Under the pieces are notes generated by a model that worked only from the letters and a program-made list of their open reading frames with translations, was not told the origin of the DNA and ran no database searches. Shown piece by piece: positions 25,841 to 38,572 of a stretch of DNA of 64,000 bases (its first letter is position 1; the number at the start of each line of letters is the position of its first letter). The translations under genes were made by a program, and so were the position numbers. Source of the stretch: Lama glama (Eukaryota); assembly GCA_028534125.1 (NCBI GenBank), contig CM052816.1:22136001-22200000 (forward strand), written 5' to 3'.

Positions 25841-27189
25841 TTATAAGTACTTTTGCCTCCCTGTGGACTGCTGTTAGTTGAGGCATTTGTGTAGCAATTC
25901 TATTTTCAAAAGTGAGATATACCAGAAGTGTCATAATTTAAACATTTAAAAACAAACAAAAAAGGACAAATGCACAAACTTGCTGTTGCTTGGATGGCAA
26001 CTTGTAGACGGGTGGAGGGAGGATTCAGAGGACTTGAAAGTTGTTACTGCTGTAGATAGTACTTGATTATTTTTCTTCTGAAACTGATAAAAATTAAAGC
26101 TGAGGTGTCAGTCAGTGAATATTGTCATACACTGTTAGTATGAATATAGGGCCTCAAAGTATTAAGTCTCTAACCTACTGTTCCACTTCTGAATGTCTCT
26201 CCTCAGGACACAATATAAAACTCAAAGAGGTATCCCAAATATACTCATTACAGCTTATATATAACAGTATAAATTGTAAATGACCAAAATACATTCCCCA
26301 AATAAGCAGTAGTTAAGTAAATTATTGTATAGCTACAGGTTATATGTAGGTTTTCAAGTTACTTTAAAATTTGATAGAAATCTTTGAGGGCGGGGACCTT
26401 ATCTCTAGCTTTGTTTACATGCTTTTTTCCAAATATCCTAGAAAATGTCAGGCACATGGGATTTCCAAAAAAAAAAAAAAAAAGTTTGATGAACAAATGA
26501 ATAGTATTAAAATTTTATTAAAATAGTATTAAATTTTTTGAAAAGACAGGGTAGTCTGAATATTTCAGCAATATGAAATAATATAAACATGGGAGAAAAA
26601 TATTAAACTTTAAACTTTTAAATTTTAAACTTTTAACAACAACTATGTGAAAAGTGGGATTTTAAGTAACTTTTATTTTCTTTTCCACTTATTTTGTCTT
26701 TTAGTTTTCCACATTTCTGTAAACAAAAATTTGTTGTGTGCCTGCTTTGTGCCAGATACTGTTCTAGCCATAGCAAGTACAGAGGTGGAAACACCTGACA
26801 CAACCACTGTCCTCAAGTAATTTGTGCATCACAAATTCCACAATGAGTGTATTTTGCATTTCACATAACTCCCAAAAGGCACACTTTTGAAAAAAATATT
26901 TCTTATTGCCACTGACTCTTCTTCAGGAATGATAATCCAGATTTTCCTTAAATCACATTAAACCTGTTGAAAGTTTAGGCTAGTAAAAGGGATACTAAAT
27001 GAGAACAAGTAGTCTTTCATTGATATATAGTGGACCTTAAAATATATCTCCTTAAAGCATTAAATACTTCTGTATAAACTGAAGTCCATATTTTAACATA
27101 GGAGCAATTTTGAATATTTTGTTAGAATGCCTTAAAATTCAGGCTTTTAGTAGTCTTTCTGAATTAATCTCTAGATATCTTTTTTTTCT

Positions 27190-27420
27190 TTTGAATGTTT
27201 GCTCTGTGCCAGGTACTATTCTAACCACTTAGTATGTATAAACTCATCCTTAATTAACACAGAAGTCCCATGATAGGTGCTGTTGTTACAGCCATTTTAG
27301 TGATAGAGAAACTGAAGCCCAGAGAGGTTAAATAAGTTGCCCAGAGTCACTTAGCTAGTCAGTGACAGGCTCTGGATTCAAATTCCAAGAGCTTGTGGTT
27401 TTAACTATAACGTTTTTTGT
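27190..27420 (-). mobile_element. MIR SINE
   Basis: gaaactgaagcccagagaggttaaataagttgcccagagtcac is the reverse MIR core. Further MIR relics at about 11750-11870, 12290-12430, 35820-36030 and 52950-53110. Confidence 0.8.
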
Positions 27421-27662
27421 CTCAGAGTATTTTGGTCAGTTATGAAGAGTCCCTGATTTAATTCAGTGATTAAAAGAAGAAAAAATAAAATAAACTTTAG
27501 TGTTTGCATCACAAGCAGAGTGTTACTCACAGAGTATTTAGTAATATAGTCAGATCTTCTTTCTTTTTTAAATTATGCAAATTCTATATATTGATTGATT
27601 CTTTTTCAAAGATACAACTATCTTTTTTAAAAGATTGTTAAAACCTATTTTTTTCTCTTTAG

Positions 27663-27821
27663 CTTGACTCATGGTATGTTATTTTAAACGGCACTGTAGA
27701 AATTAGTCATCCAGATGGAAAAGTTGAAAATCTCTTTATGGGAAATAGTTTTGGAATTACTCCCACTCTGGATAAGCAGTACATGCGTGGAGTTGTTAGG
27801 ACTAAAGTAGACGATTGTCAG
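27663..27821 (+). CDS. RAPGEF6: RAPGEF6 exon (about 10), cNMP-binding-like domain [53 protein letters not shown]
   Basis: ttttctctttag acceptor, CAG|gtgagt donor, 159 nt, phase 0/0. Confidence 0.96.
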
Positions 27822-28405
27822 GTGAGTTTGTCTCTGGTCATGTCCTCTTGTTTGTTGATTTTAAATGGCTGAGCCTATTTTTCTTTCCTCAAAATAAAAT
27901 GATGTGATTTGAGAATTAGAAGTTTTGAAAAATCACAGTTAATAAAGGAAACTGGATTTTATATCTGACTCAAATATTTGTGGAAATAAACAAACTATAA
28001 ATTTATTAAAGAGAATATACCAAATAAATGTGGTTTGTTAAATTTCTATCTGATAGTAGCCAACTCAGTCCCTTTTTTTTTTTTTAATTAAGAAAAGAAA
28101 TAGGAACTACTGAGTTGTTTGTTTCTAACTTACTCCTGCTTCATGTTTTCTTTGCAGAGGGTCAGTTTTGAGAGAAGTAGATGTTCACTTCTCCTTTTAG
28201 AGTAGAATTCAAACAGTTTTAACTTCTTTGGTCTCTTTGTGCACGAATTATTTATTTCACTTTGATTTTTGTTAAGGAATAAAGGGATTAAATAAAAAAA
28301 GAACTGATGCCACTTGAGTTCTTACCTCTGTGCTCTGCCTTAGTTCGTAGTGATGTATTTATGTATTATAGGTTCGTTAATTGTCCCCATGTTGTTCTTG
28401 GACAG

Positions 28406-28558
28406 TTTGTTTGCATAGCTCAGCAGGATTATTGGAGAATTTTAAATCATGTGGAAAAAAATACCCATAAAGTTGAAGAAGAGGGAGAAATTGTTATGGT
28501 ACATGAGCACCGTGAACTAGATCGAAGTGGAACCAGGAAAGGACACATTGTCATCAAG
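28406..28558 (+). CDS. RAPGEF6: RAPGEF6 exon (about 11), [51 protein letters not shown]
   Basis: ttcttggacag acceptor, AAG|gtgggt donor, 153 nt, phase 0/0. Contained in ORF 28307..28585. Confidence 0.96.
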
Positions 28559-29449
28559 GTGGGTGTTTTTTACTTACTATTCTAGTTACTGACAGAACAA
28601 AGCTTTCATCTTGCTTGTAAGACTTTGAATCAGGTTTTGAGTAGTGCAAGGTAATTCACTAACTTTGGGATCTAATGTAAGTAAATGTGTTGGTTCTTTT
28701 GTCTTTTTCTCAGTTGGTTTTTGCACAATTTATTGATGAAGGGTAACATTGCCATTTGGTTTCAGTATGGAAAGGTATTATTTATAATACACCACAGCTT
28801 TCCTTCTCAAATTTATCTTATGATCCATGGTTATGGGATTAGTTTCATCAAAAACAGCAGCATTTAGAAACAAAACAAATTGAAAGGACCAACCATAAAT
28901 ACATAAAGAATCCTAGACAATTCTTACTGGATCTCTGTGACACTAACTTCTTGGAATCTCAATTTTCTTATCTGAAAATGAGTGTGGTACAGCAGGGCTT
29001 TTTTAAGAGTAAATGTGGTAAATCACAAGACGTAGCATGTTACAGAGTCTGAGTATTAATCCCCATACTGTTTTCTCTAACTCCTTTTTCCCCTTTTCCT
29101 TGTCCCCCTTGCCTTACACTCCCCCATCCTGTTTCTTTAAAGACAGCAAGATGTAAAGAAGAGCAGTTAGAGTTGAAGGAGAGGAGATAAATGCAGGACC
29201 TTTTTTCTTTTCAAGCTCATCTTGGTTGTAGAATAAGTAAATGTGTTATTTTTCATTACAAATGCAGCAGCTTATTTAATAAGAGGGACTGATGTCAGAT
29301 CAGTTCTTCCTCAGGAGGCAGACTATTGTTCAACACTGTCTTTTCTTTTCCTAAACTGATACGTATAAGCTTTCTGTGTAGAGAAGATGAACATATGTGT
29401 GGACTTCCATAGGCTGTCTTTCTATGGAGGCTCATGTTTTTTAATGCTT

Positions 29450-31080
29450 TTTTTTTTAATAAATTTTAAACTTACAGAAAGTTGCAAGAACAGTATAGAG
29501 CCCACCCTGACTCACATTCCCCAGCTGTTAAAATTTCACTGCATTTTCTCTGTTATCATCAGTCTTTTTGAACTATTTGAGAGTAGTCAGCAAATGTGTT
29601 GCCTCATCACTCCTAAATATTCCTGAATTTAATTAATATGAAATGTTTCATTTAATTTTAGGAATTTTAATATTGTGTGTTTTTCCTAAAAACAAGAACC
29701 TCTCCTACATAAACTCCATAGAACCCTTTGAGTTAGGAAATGGACATTGATAAAGTAAAACTATTCTGCCCACAGACCCTATTTAGATTTTCACCAACTC
29801 TCCAGACATTAGCTCTTTTCCTTTCTGGTTCAGAATCTCATCCAGGAATACAGTTGCATTTGGTTGTCATGTCATTTCAGTCTACTCCAGGAACATTCTT
29901 TTCCTGTTCACATTCTCAGTAGTTTTCAAGAATATAGACGTTATCATCTGTAGTATGACCATCAGCCTGGATCTGTCCAGTGTTTCCTCATGCCCAGGCT
30001 AAAGTCATGATGTCCTGGCAGAAATTGCACAGATATGAAGTTGTGCTCTTCTTAGTTCATCATATCAGGGAGCTCACATTGTCAACCTGCTGCACCACCA
30101 GTGAAGTTAACCTTAACCACCTGGTTGCATTGGTGTCTGTCTGCCAAGTTTCTTCACTGTAAAGCCGAGATTTTCCCCTTTATAATTGAGAAGTATTTGG
30201 AGCAGAGATGTTCTGGAATAGTGTCAATCAAACCTCTATCCACTGGTCTTCACTTCCACTGACCACTCCTGCCTGAAATGGTGATTTTCTATTTCCATTA
30301 TTTCTCTTACACTTTAGTCATTTTACTGTAAGAATGAGCAATCTCCCTCCATTAATTTAATTATATTTGTATGGTCTCATGTATTGTATTCCCTTGCCAT
30401 CAGTGTTGTTATGATCATCAAATTGTCCTAGATTTGAACAGTAGGACCCTGTTAAGGCTGACTTTATATCCTTTTGACATGACCCCATCATTTTTGGGGA
30501 GCATCCTTATTATCAGGCAGAACAGGATGTTCCAGGCTCATCTTGCAGTTTTCCTGCCCCAGCTTTGGAATTAGGCATTTCTCCAGAGAGCTCTGAGTCC
30601 TAGTGAAGAATAGCATTTAAAAACCAAGATCTAGGGGAGGGTATATCTCAGTGGTAGAGTGCATGCCTAGCACACACAAGGTCCTGGGTTCAATCCTAGT
30701 ACCTCCATTAAAAATAAATAAAAACTTAATTACCTCCTCCCTCTCCCCCCCAAAAAAATTCTAAAAATAAATTTAAAAAATAAATAAATAAAATAAAAAC
30801 AAAGATCTGGGCATTCATTCTGTGCATTGCTACTGAGGTGTCACTTCTTCTAGTGCCTTTTATCAGACAGAGGTAGGAAATATATGTATTTACTATAAAT
30901 TCATACACATCTATAACTTCTTATATGTAGCCTAGCCTAGCTAGCTACCTATAACAATCATGAGTTCATACCAGTACTCCCAATTCAAGTACTATACCAG
31001 AGTTTTTGGTAGCCTTTTCCTTTCCCTATTTGTAAATACCTTATCCATCAGTGGCTCTAGTTATGCTCTGAATATTTACT
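29450..31080 (-). mobile_element. Ancient L1 3' region (L1MC/ME-like), interrupted by a SINE; boundaries approximate
   Basis: aaattttaaacttacagaaagttgcaagaacagtatag and gttgcatttggttgtcatgtc motifs typical of antisense L1M 3' UTRs. Confidence 0.6.
30634..30794 (+). mobile_element. tRNA-derived camelid SINE (Vic-1-like), full length
   Basis: ggggagggtatatctcagtggtagagtgcatg...gggttcaatcc (A and B boxes), C-rich tract and A tail. TSD aaaaaccaagatctag / aaaaacaaagatctgg at a TT|AAAA site. Confidence 0.9.
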
Positions 31081-32137
31081 TATTTGCTCATCATAAGCAG
31101 ACTCTGTCATGCCAGCCATCTCCTGCAGCCACCAACTCTGCATACTCTGCACCCAGCATCACACCTTGTTGGATGATAGTGAACACCTTGATGACATGCC
31201 TCTCCATGACTGTGCGATTTCTCTTTAAAGTTTTGAATATATGGCCTAGCCTCCATAGAGATCTTGCCTCAGTGATTTAGCTAATCAGAATAATGGCCCT
31301 TCTTTAACATGTTGATCATTTCTACCCCTGACCTAGCTATATGTGAACTAAGAACCAGATTTAACATGTTGATTGCTCACTGTGGGTCAGGTACCCCTGA
31401 GGAAACTCAGTTGTCACCCAGATTTGGGTGATGTGGTGATCAAAGTGTTAAGTGACCTCAGATTATGATTTGCCTGAATGATAGATCCGATTTGGTATTC
31501 TTAGTGTGTTTTGGAGGGTGAGAAAATAGGAATGACCTGTGGGTATCTTGTCCCTTAAATGGATTATATGAAGACCCTTTCCTCTGACTTCATTCTAGAG
31601 AATTTACATGCCTTATTAGCACTGGGTACCCTTTTATATTTTATAATAGATTCTTACATAAGAACATTGTTCACATTAATGTATGTTTGCCATGCATTAA
31701 TTCTGAACTGTGTAGTTGTTTGGATGAATGGAAAAAATTAAAATATGAGGTTATGGGCAACAGTTGGTTTTTATATTTGGTTTAACATCTGGCTTATTTC
31801 TGTATTTGTTCTGTGTACCCACTTTTGAAAAGGCTGCAAAGGTAATAAATTTTAACATTGATTCAGAAGCTCAAGGAGGAGCAGTAGATAAATGTTGTTT
31901 GCATTTCTTTTTATAAATTGGAAAGCAGGCAAGCAGTTAAAACTCTGAATCAATGTAAAAGCTATCTATAGCACTTCTGGTTTCTCTCAAGATGGTAAAC
32001 TAGAATAGAGAAACCATAGAAGAGGAAACTTCTATTCCAGGAAGTACAACAATAAAACAAGCTATCTTGAACTGCTATGTTGTTGCTATAGCCTGGGGCA
32101 GAAGAGAAATTGAGGATGGTTAAATTTGGAAGAAAGC

Positions 32138-32185
32138 TTTATTTATTTACTTCTTTCTTTCTTACTTACTTACTTACTTACTTAC
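32138..32185. repeat. Compound (TTTA)/(TTTC)/(TTAC)n tetranucleotide repeat
   Basis: tttatttatttacttctttctttcttacttacttacttacttacttac. Confidence 0.85.
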
Positions 32186-32532
32186 CGAGTTCAATTCTCA
32201 TCTCTTCCTTTCCTTCTCTTGACTTGAGACAGTCATAACATCATCTCCCCTCCTCCCCCGCCTCCCTGGTATGATGAAATGCCAATAAAAACAGCTACAG
32301 CTGAGTAAATGGTGCTGTGCATGTTTATTCCTCTGCCTTCTCTCTAAAACCTCTGGGTGCTGGTGGACTACAACCTAAGGGAATTACGTACAACCAGTGC
32401 TAGGGGTTTTAAAGGTGAAGCCCTGCTTTGGGAACTTTTATAATAGTGTGGCTACAAAGGGAAGTAATCAATAGGAGTTCTTTGGTTCCTGAGCTATTTA
32501 TTTTCTAATTCTTCCTATCTTTTGATTTTTAG

Positions 32533-32697
32533 GCAACACCTGAGCGTCTCATCATGCATTTAATAGAAGAACATTCCATTGTGGACCCAACTTACATAGA
32601 AGATTTCCTATTAACTTATAGAACATTTCTTGAAAGTCCTTTGGATGTCGGGATCAAACTGCTGGAATGGTTTAAAATTGACAGCTTAAGGGATAAG
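32533..32697 (+). CDS. RAPGEF6: RAPGEF6 exon (about 12), REM/RasGEF-N domain [55 protein letters not shown]
   Basis: gatttttag acceptor, AAG|gttggt donor, 165 nt. The [12 protein letters not shown] motif is typical of REM domains. Confidence 0.96.
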
Positions 32698-33554
32698 GTT
32701 GGTTTTGTAAAGGACATGAAAGTGATTTTAGCCTTTAAATTTTGTTCCCCCCAAACCATTTGCAACTGATAAATGTTTATTTTGATAACCAGATTCAGTT
32801 CATCTAAAAAAGTTAGAATAGATACATCTCTTGCTTAGTTTCTTTTATGACAAAAGAGCATGTTGAAAGTTGATATTTTGCCTTTTAAAAGGCAAAAACT
32901 GAAATAAGACTGTGGTGTAGCTGTAAATTCAAAAACATAACTGTACTTTTTGCATTTTATCAAAATATTCGGTTGTTTCTGAGATCAGTAAAACATTTAG
33001 AAGTTTTTTAATAATTTAGAAAGAATAGTCACCAAGTAAATTTTTGTCAGAGGGCTTAGATTGTTTGTAAAATAGAAATTTATTGACTTTTCTGAGTTGA
33101 AGACTTTATATAATCATTTTAAAACAATTTGTTTTGACTTTAACTTACCATTAATGTGACTTACTTAAATCTGCTCTGAGTGTATTTCTTGCATTATTGT
33201 TTGCTATTTTAAATAGATTATCTTTATTTTATGAGGTGCTTGTACATGGAAAGACTAGTAGTAGTACCTCAGCTACTGCTACGTTAACTACCAATAACTA
33301 TCTCAGTAACTGGTAGGAAGTTAGTTATTTTAAGAAAACTAAAAGTAGGGCCATAGTTGCCTAGTATGTCTTTCTGAGTTATGCTTTAAAGGAAATAAAT
33401 TAGATGTAGCTGAATTCTGTGGAATTCTATTACTTAGGAAACAAACGTGTCCAAAACTACAGGCTTGCCTTTTCCCTGCTTTTGGAGTTGTATATAGTTA
33501 CTTAGGTTGCTGAGGAGATAAATTCATGCTAGAGAATGAAAAAAATATGATTTA

Positions 33555-34738
33555 GGAACAACTAGATATCTAAATGTAAAAGAACAAAGTTTGACCTTTA
33601 CGTTATAGTCAGTATTAACTTAAAATGGATCAGAGACCTAATGTAAGAGCTAAAACTATATAATACTCTTAAAAGAAAAGAAGGGGTGAAAAAACCATGA
33701 CCTTGGATTAGGCAGTGGTTTCTTAGGTATAATACCCAGAGCACAAATTTGAAAAAAGGAAAAAAATAGATAAATTGAACTTCATCAGAATTAAAACCTT
33801 TCTACATCAAAGGAGCTATCAAGAAAAGCAAGACAACAAATAGAATGGGAGAATATATTTGCAAACCGTATGTTTGATAAAGGCCTAGTATCCAGAATAC
33901 ATAAAGAACTCTTACAACTCAACAACAAAAAGACAGTACAATGTAAAAATGGACAAAGGACTTGAATAGACATTTCTCCTAAGAAGATATATAAATGGCC
34001 AGCAATCACGTGAAAAAGATGTTCAGCATCATTCATCTTAGGGAAATGCAAATCAGAAGCACAGTGAGATTCTGCTTCACACCCACTAAGATGGCTTAAA
34101 AAAATGAAAAGGAAACACAAGCATTTCAGGGATGTTGATGTGGAGAAAATGGAATTCCCATATGTTACTTATAGTAATGTAAAACGGTATAGCTGCTACG
34201 AAAAACAGAATTACCATATAACGCAGCAGATCTTCTCCTTAGGTATGTATCCAAAAGAGCTAATAGATGTGCAAACAAAAGTTTTTATACAAATATTCAT
34301 AGCAGCACTATTGATGATAGCAAAAAAGTGGAAACAACCCAAATGTCCATCAGCTGATGAACGGATAAACAAAATGTTACATAGCCATATAAGGAAATAA
34401 TATTCAACCATAAAGAGGCATGAATTGCTGATGCTGCAACATGGATAAGCCTTGAAAATATGCCACGTCAAAGAAGCCAGACACAAAAGGTCACACGTTG
34501 TATGAAATAATCCAAGTAGGCAAAGCACAGAGACAAAAAAGCAAATTAGTATCTGCTAGGGGCTGGAGAGCAGGCAGAATGGAAGGTAACTGTTTACTGG
34601 GAATGGGGTTTTCTTTTGGGGTGATGAAAATGTTCTGGAGATAGTTGTACACCATTGTGAATATACTGAATGGCGCTGAATTGTATACCTAAAAGTGGTT
34701 AAAGTGGTAGATTTTATGTGTATTTTACCACAGTTTTA
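33555..34738 (+). mobile_element. Older L1 (L1MB-like): degenerate ORF2 C-terminus plus 3' UTR
   Basis: ORF2-like remnants (e.g. FIAALLMIAKKWKQPKCPSADERINKM in ORF 34104..34400) and a typical 3' UTR ending ...gtattttaccaca. Confidence 0.85.
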
Positions 34739-35240
34739 ACTTACATTACTCATATTGTTAGGCACATTATTCAGTTCAACCTCCATTTGTTAATTTTTAA
34801 CTTCTTTGTTAATCTATGACACAAAGTAATAAATCAGTTCACAACTTTGAAAATTCATAGTATTTTTGATGTTTCAGAATTTTGGTTAAACATATTCTCA
34901 GTTAAACACTTTTGATGTGATTGCCTGCCCTTTGAAGCTTGTAATTTAAGACAGTCTCTGAAATATACATCCCATATACTTCTTATATGTTAGCATACAG
35001 GCTTGTGTTTTCGTACTGAGGGCACAGAGTCTTGACTCTTACTTTGTGTACAAAAGGAAGCAAAAGCTCAAACAAAACCATGCCTCTCTGTTAGAATGAA
35101 CTTGTGTGTGGCAAAATGGGAAAAGGGGTTAGCCATATAGCTTAGTTCCCCCTCAGTTTGGAACATGCTTTTGGAATCTACTTTTGCAGAAAGGATGCCA
35201 CTGTTATAATCATTATGCTGCCTCTTCCATGTTTCCACAG

Positions 35241-35348
35241 GTAACACGGATTGTATTATTATGGGTAAATAATCATTTTAATGATTTTGAAGGTGATCCT
35301 GCTATGACTCGATTTCTGGAGGAATTTGAAAAAAATCTGGAAGATACA
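35241..35348 (+). CDS. RAPGEF6: RAPGEF6 exon (about 13), REM domain [36 protein letters not shown]
   Basis: tttccacag acceptor, ACA|gtaagg donor, 108 nt, phase 0/0. Confidence 0.96.
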
Positions 35349-36977
35349 GTAAGGCTCAGAAGAATTTTATCTTCTTCAGAGTTTAGGGTTTCTTACCTTA
35401 CCCGTCTTCCAAAGAATAGCAACTCAGAACAGCTTTCATCTTCTCTGTCTTGAGTGTCTGTTCTGAGAACTTCCAAATCTGTATTCTAGAATTCTGTTCA
35501 TCCTCTGCCACTCCAACCCAAACAAAAATGCATCTTCCTGACTCTTCACTGATTTGGACATACACATACACAGACTTAACAGATCTACATTAGATTTTTC
35601 AAGTCTCCTTTCTGCATGTGATTTTACTTAATCAAAATATACAGTGCCTAAGGTAATATCCTCAAGGTCTTCTTAAGGCCTCTTAATATCTCAGGGTCTT
35701 TCATAGTAGCCATTTATAAGTCCGTTTTATTCTCCCTATTAGATATAAAACTTGGAACTGCAACTGGGTTGTCTGCTCCAAACACCTTGAAATTTTAGGA
35801 ATAAATAATAAAGCAGATCAGAAGTCAGATTGCCTAAATTAACATTCAAACTCCACCACTTGCTAGATGTGGGAATTTGGACTAGTTGCACAATCTTACA
35901 TTCTTTGGTTGTCTTATTTTATAGGTAGCAGCCTCTAGTTTATTGGGACTGTCATAAGAATTATAATGAGCTGATAAACATAACAATCTGCAAACAAAAC
36001 CTGGCACATAGCTAATGCTCAAGAAGCATTGTTATTACTCATAGAGTAGAAGTGGAATAAAGAAGGGGCAATTGGCAGATATTTCTGTCCTTTTCCTTAC
36101 CCTTTGGTTCCTGTAGCCTTTTCAGCAGCACATCTGCTTTATACAAATTGGGGAGAATGGACAGGGAACTTGATCAGGAGGCTGTAGAGGCTCACCAACA
36201 TCATTTGGATCTTCCAGTGCTGGCTGTGTGAATATTCAAGGGGCTTATGGAAAATAGAAACTGCTTTACGATTAAGGGATTTTTTTTTCCCCAGTAATCA
36301 AGTCAGTCATCAAGTATTTATTGAATTCTACTTTATACTCAAAGCTGTTATGTAGGATTGGAACAGGCGTAAGACATGTTTCCTGCCCTGAAAAAATGCT
36401 GGCTGCTTGTTATGCACATGAGATTTACACTTATTACACAGATTGAGAATAGTTGAATATTAAACTCGTTTAGAATATGAAAGTTTGAATGTTATTGAGT
36501 GTAAGGAAGATATAAAATAGTATAGAAATAATATTTCTGGGAGAGATGGAGACTTGAATATTAGAGAGTATTTGGAAAGGTGGTTCAAACCCTTTAAGGT
36601 TTTAAATAAAGGTTTAAAAGGTTCTGGTTGTATATCACAGCCAGAAAATAAGCAAGATAACAGTAGAGTATTTTACAGGAAGGCTCAGAAAATGAAGAAT
36701 TTTTTTTTGTTTTTCCTCTCTAAATGAGACATCACTTCAAATTTTTTTCTAACCTGTGATTATCTAGAAGTTTAAAAAAAATCATACTAAGAGATTCTAC
36801 TCTTCAGAGTGCTCTAGGATGGAAGGTTTCCCTCCTTCAGTTTTATTTATCCCTGCTTACGTGTTCTTTACTCTGCTTCAAATACAGTTCTAATTCTAAT
36901 AATTTTAGGTGAATTTTTAAAGCTTTTAGGAATAGATCTATACATTTATATACATCTTACCCTTTTCTGCTTTCTAG

Positions 36978-37181
36978 AAAATGAATGGTCATCTCCGGTT
37001 ATTGAATATTGCCTGTGCTGCAAAGGCTAAATGGAGACAGGTTGTGCTGCAAAAGGCTTCCCGAGAGTCCCCTCTGCATTTCAGCCTTAATGGAGGGAGC
37101 GAGAAGGGATTTGGTATTTTTGTTGAATGTGTAGAACCTAGTAGCAAAGCTGCTGATGTGGGACTGAAACGTGGTGATCAA
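36978..37181 (+). CDS. RAPGEF6: RAPGEF6 exon (about 14), PDZ N-terminal part [68 protein letters not shown]
   Basis: ctgctttctag acceptor, CAA|gtaagt donor, 204 nt. PDZ hallmarks GIFV and GLKRGDQ. Confidence 0.96.
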
Positions 37182-38099
37182 GTAAGTAAATACCCAACCA
37201 CTTTAATTAAAACCTTCGTGTAAGTAATATGTCTGCTACTTTTTTTCTCATCTGATATTTCTTCAAGTAAACATGATCAATTTAAGGAAAAAAAATTGGA
37301 GCCTCTCTTTAGAGGTGGTATTTTTAAATGGTTTATTTTTAAAATATATTTGTCATATATCCATTACTTTTAATGGAAAATTTGATATAGTATATCCAGA
37401 AACAACATGGTAGTCTGGTCACCATCAACCTGAATTGTCCGGCGCATCCTCCTAGGATTAGGAATCTGTATCAGCTGGCAACTTCACAGTATTCCAGAAA
37501 TACCAGTATGTGAGTTAGCACCCTTGCATGTTTTGAAGGAGCGAGCACTTCTACCCATAGCACTCTAAAGTAAGAATGGCCAAAGATTACCATCATAAAT
37601 GATGGTTTCTGTCTAAATTAAGTTTATATGGTAACAGAACTAATAGCATCAACAGAGTTAGCCAGGTAAAGGACTAGGAGAAGGAAGGAGACACTGGGAG
37701 GAAGTTGATAGGGATTTGTTCTTCCCACACAGGCATGAGGTAACCATAGAACAATCTATTTCACAATGTGATTGCTGAGAACCTTGTTACTAAAAAATAC
37801 AATTCCTAGGCCCACCTTAATATGATTCCTCTTATTGATTGTATTAATCACATTCTCCAGAGATGAGGTCTGGGAATCTGTATTTTGAAAAAAGCTCTCT
37901 AGATGATTCTCATGCACACTGAAGAGTGGTTTCTCAAACCTAGCTGAATCACTTGGGAAGTTTACTTTGTTCCATTAAAAATTTTTTGTTTCATTCATTC
38001 ATTTAGAACGTGACTTTATTTTGCATTTAGCCAGACTGTACTATCTTTTTTTTAAATTATAAGGGCATTCACATTACGAAAAGTTGTATACTTCAGAAT

Positions 38100-38320
38100 A
38101 GCGATTCTCAACCAACCATGATTTTGTCACCCAAGAGGCATTTGGCAATGTCTGGAGTTGTTTTTGATTGTCATAACTTGGGAATTACTACTGGCATCTA
38201 GTAGTAGAGGCCAGGGGCCAGGGATACTGCTGAGTAGCCTGCAACACCCCACAGCAAGGCAGTGACACAACAGAGTTATCCAGCCCAAATACCAGTCGTG
38301 CAAGGGGTTAGGAGACTCTG
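38100..38320. mobile_element. MER20 (hAT-Charlie)
   Basis: gattctcaacc...catttggcaatgtctggag...ctactggcatctagtagtagaggccaggg...ttatccagcccaaa, a recognisable MER20 core. Confidence 0.8.
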
Positions 38321-38436
38321 ACATAATTAGCTGAACTTACATCATAATAAAATATTTTAAAATTTTAAAATAAATTACGTAATAAAGAAAAAAAACTCAT
38401 ACAAAGTTTTAATGATATCCTTCCCTTAAAGGAGCT

Positions 38437-38572
38437 TTTTATTTATTTTTTAACATTTTTTATTGATTTATAATCATTTTACAATGTTGTGTCAAATTCC
38501 AGTGTTCAGCACAATTTTTCAGTCATTCATGGACATGTACACACTCATTGTCACATTATTTTCTCTGTGAGT
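38437..38572 (-). mobile_element. Young L1 3'-end fragment
   Basis: Reverse complement closely matches about 13010-13140. Confidence 0.85.

Noticed and set aside
27750..27800. Arg in [14 protein letters not shown] possibly restoring cAMP binding
   Set aside because: Aligned to the canonical FGE-x-AL...PR-x-A cassette, the Glu is still absent and the Arg falls one position off. No reason to infer nucleotide binding.
30634..30706. tRNA-like sequence with A and B boxes (also 55824, 41399, 51560, 61160)
   Set aside because: Each has a SINE tail, TSD-like flanks and a degenerate cloverleaf; SINEs rather than tRNA genes.
31303..31390. Repeated tttaacatgttgat with a short inverted cctgacc/ggtcagg
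   Set aside because: Only two copies of 14 bp. No array, spacer structure or identifiable RNA family; not CRISPR-like.
33791..34528. ORFs of 98-109 aa on both strands
   Set aside because: Lie inside a decayed L1 ORF2/3' UTR with frameshifts and stops; not independent genes.
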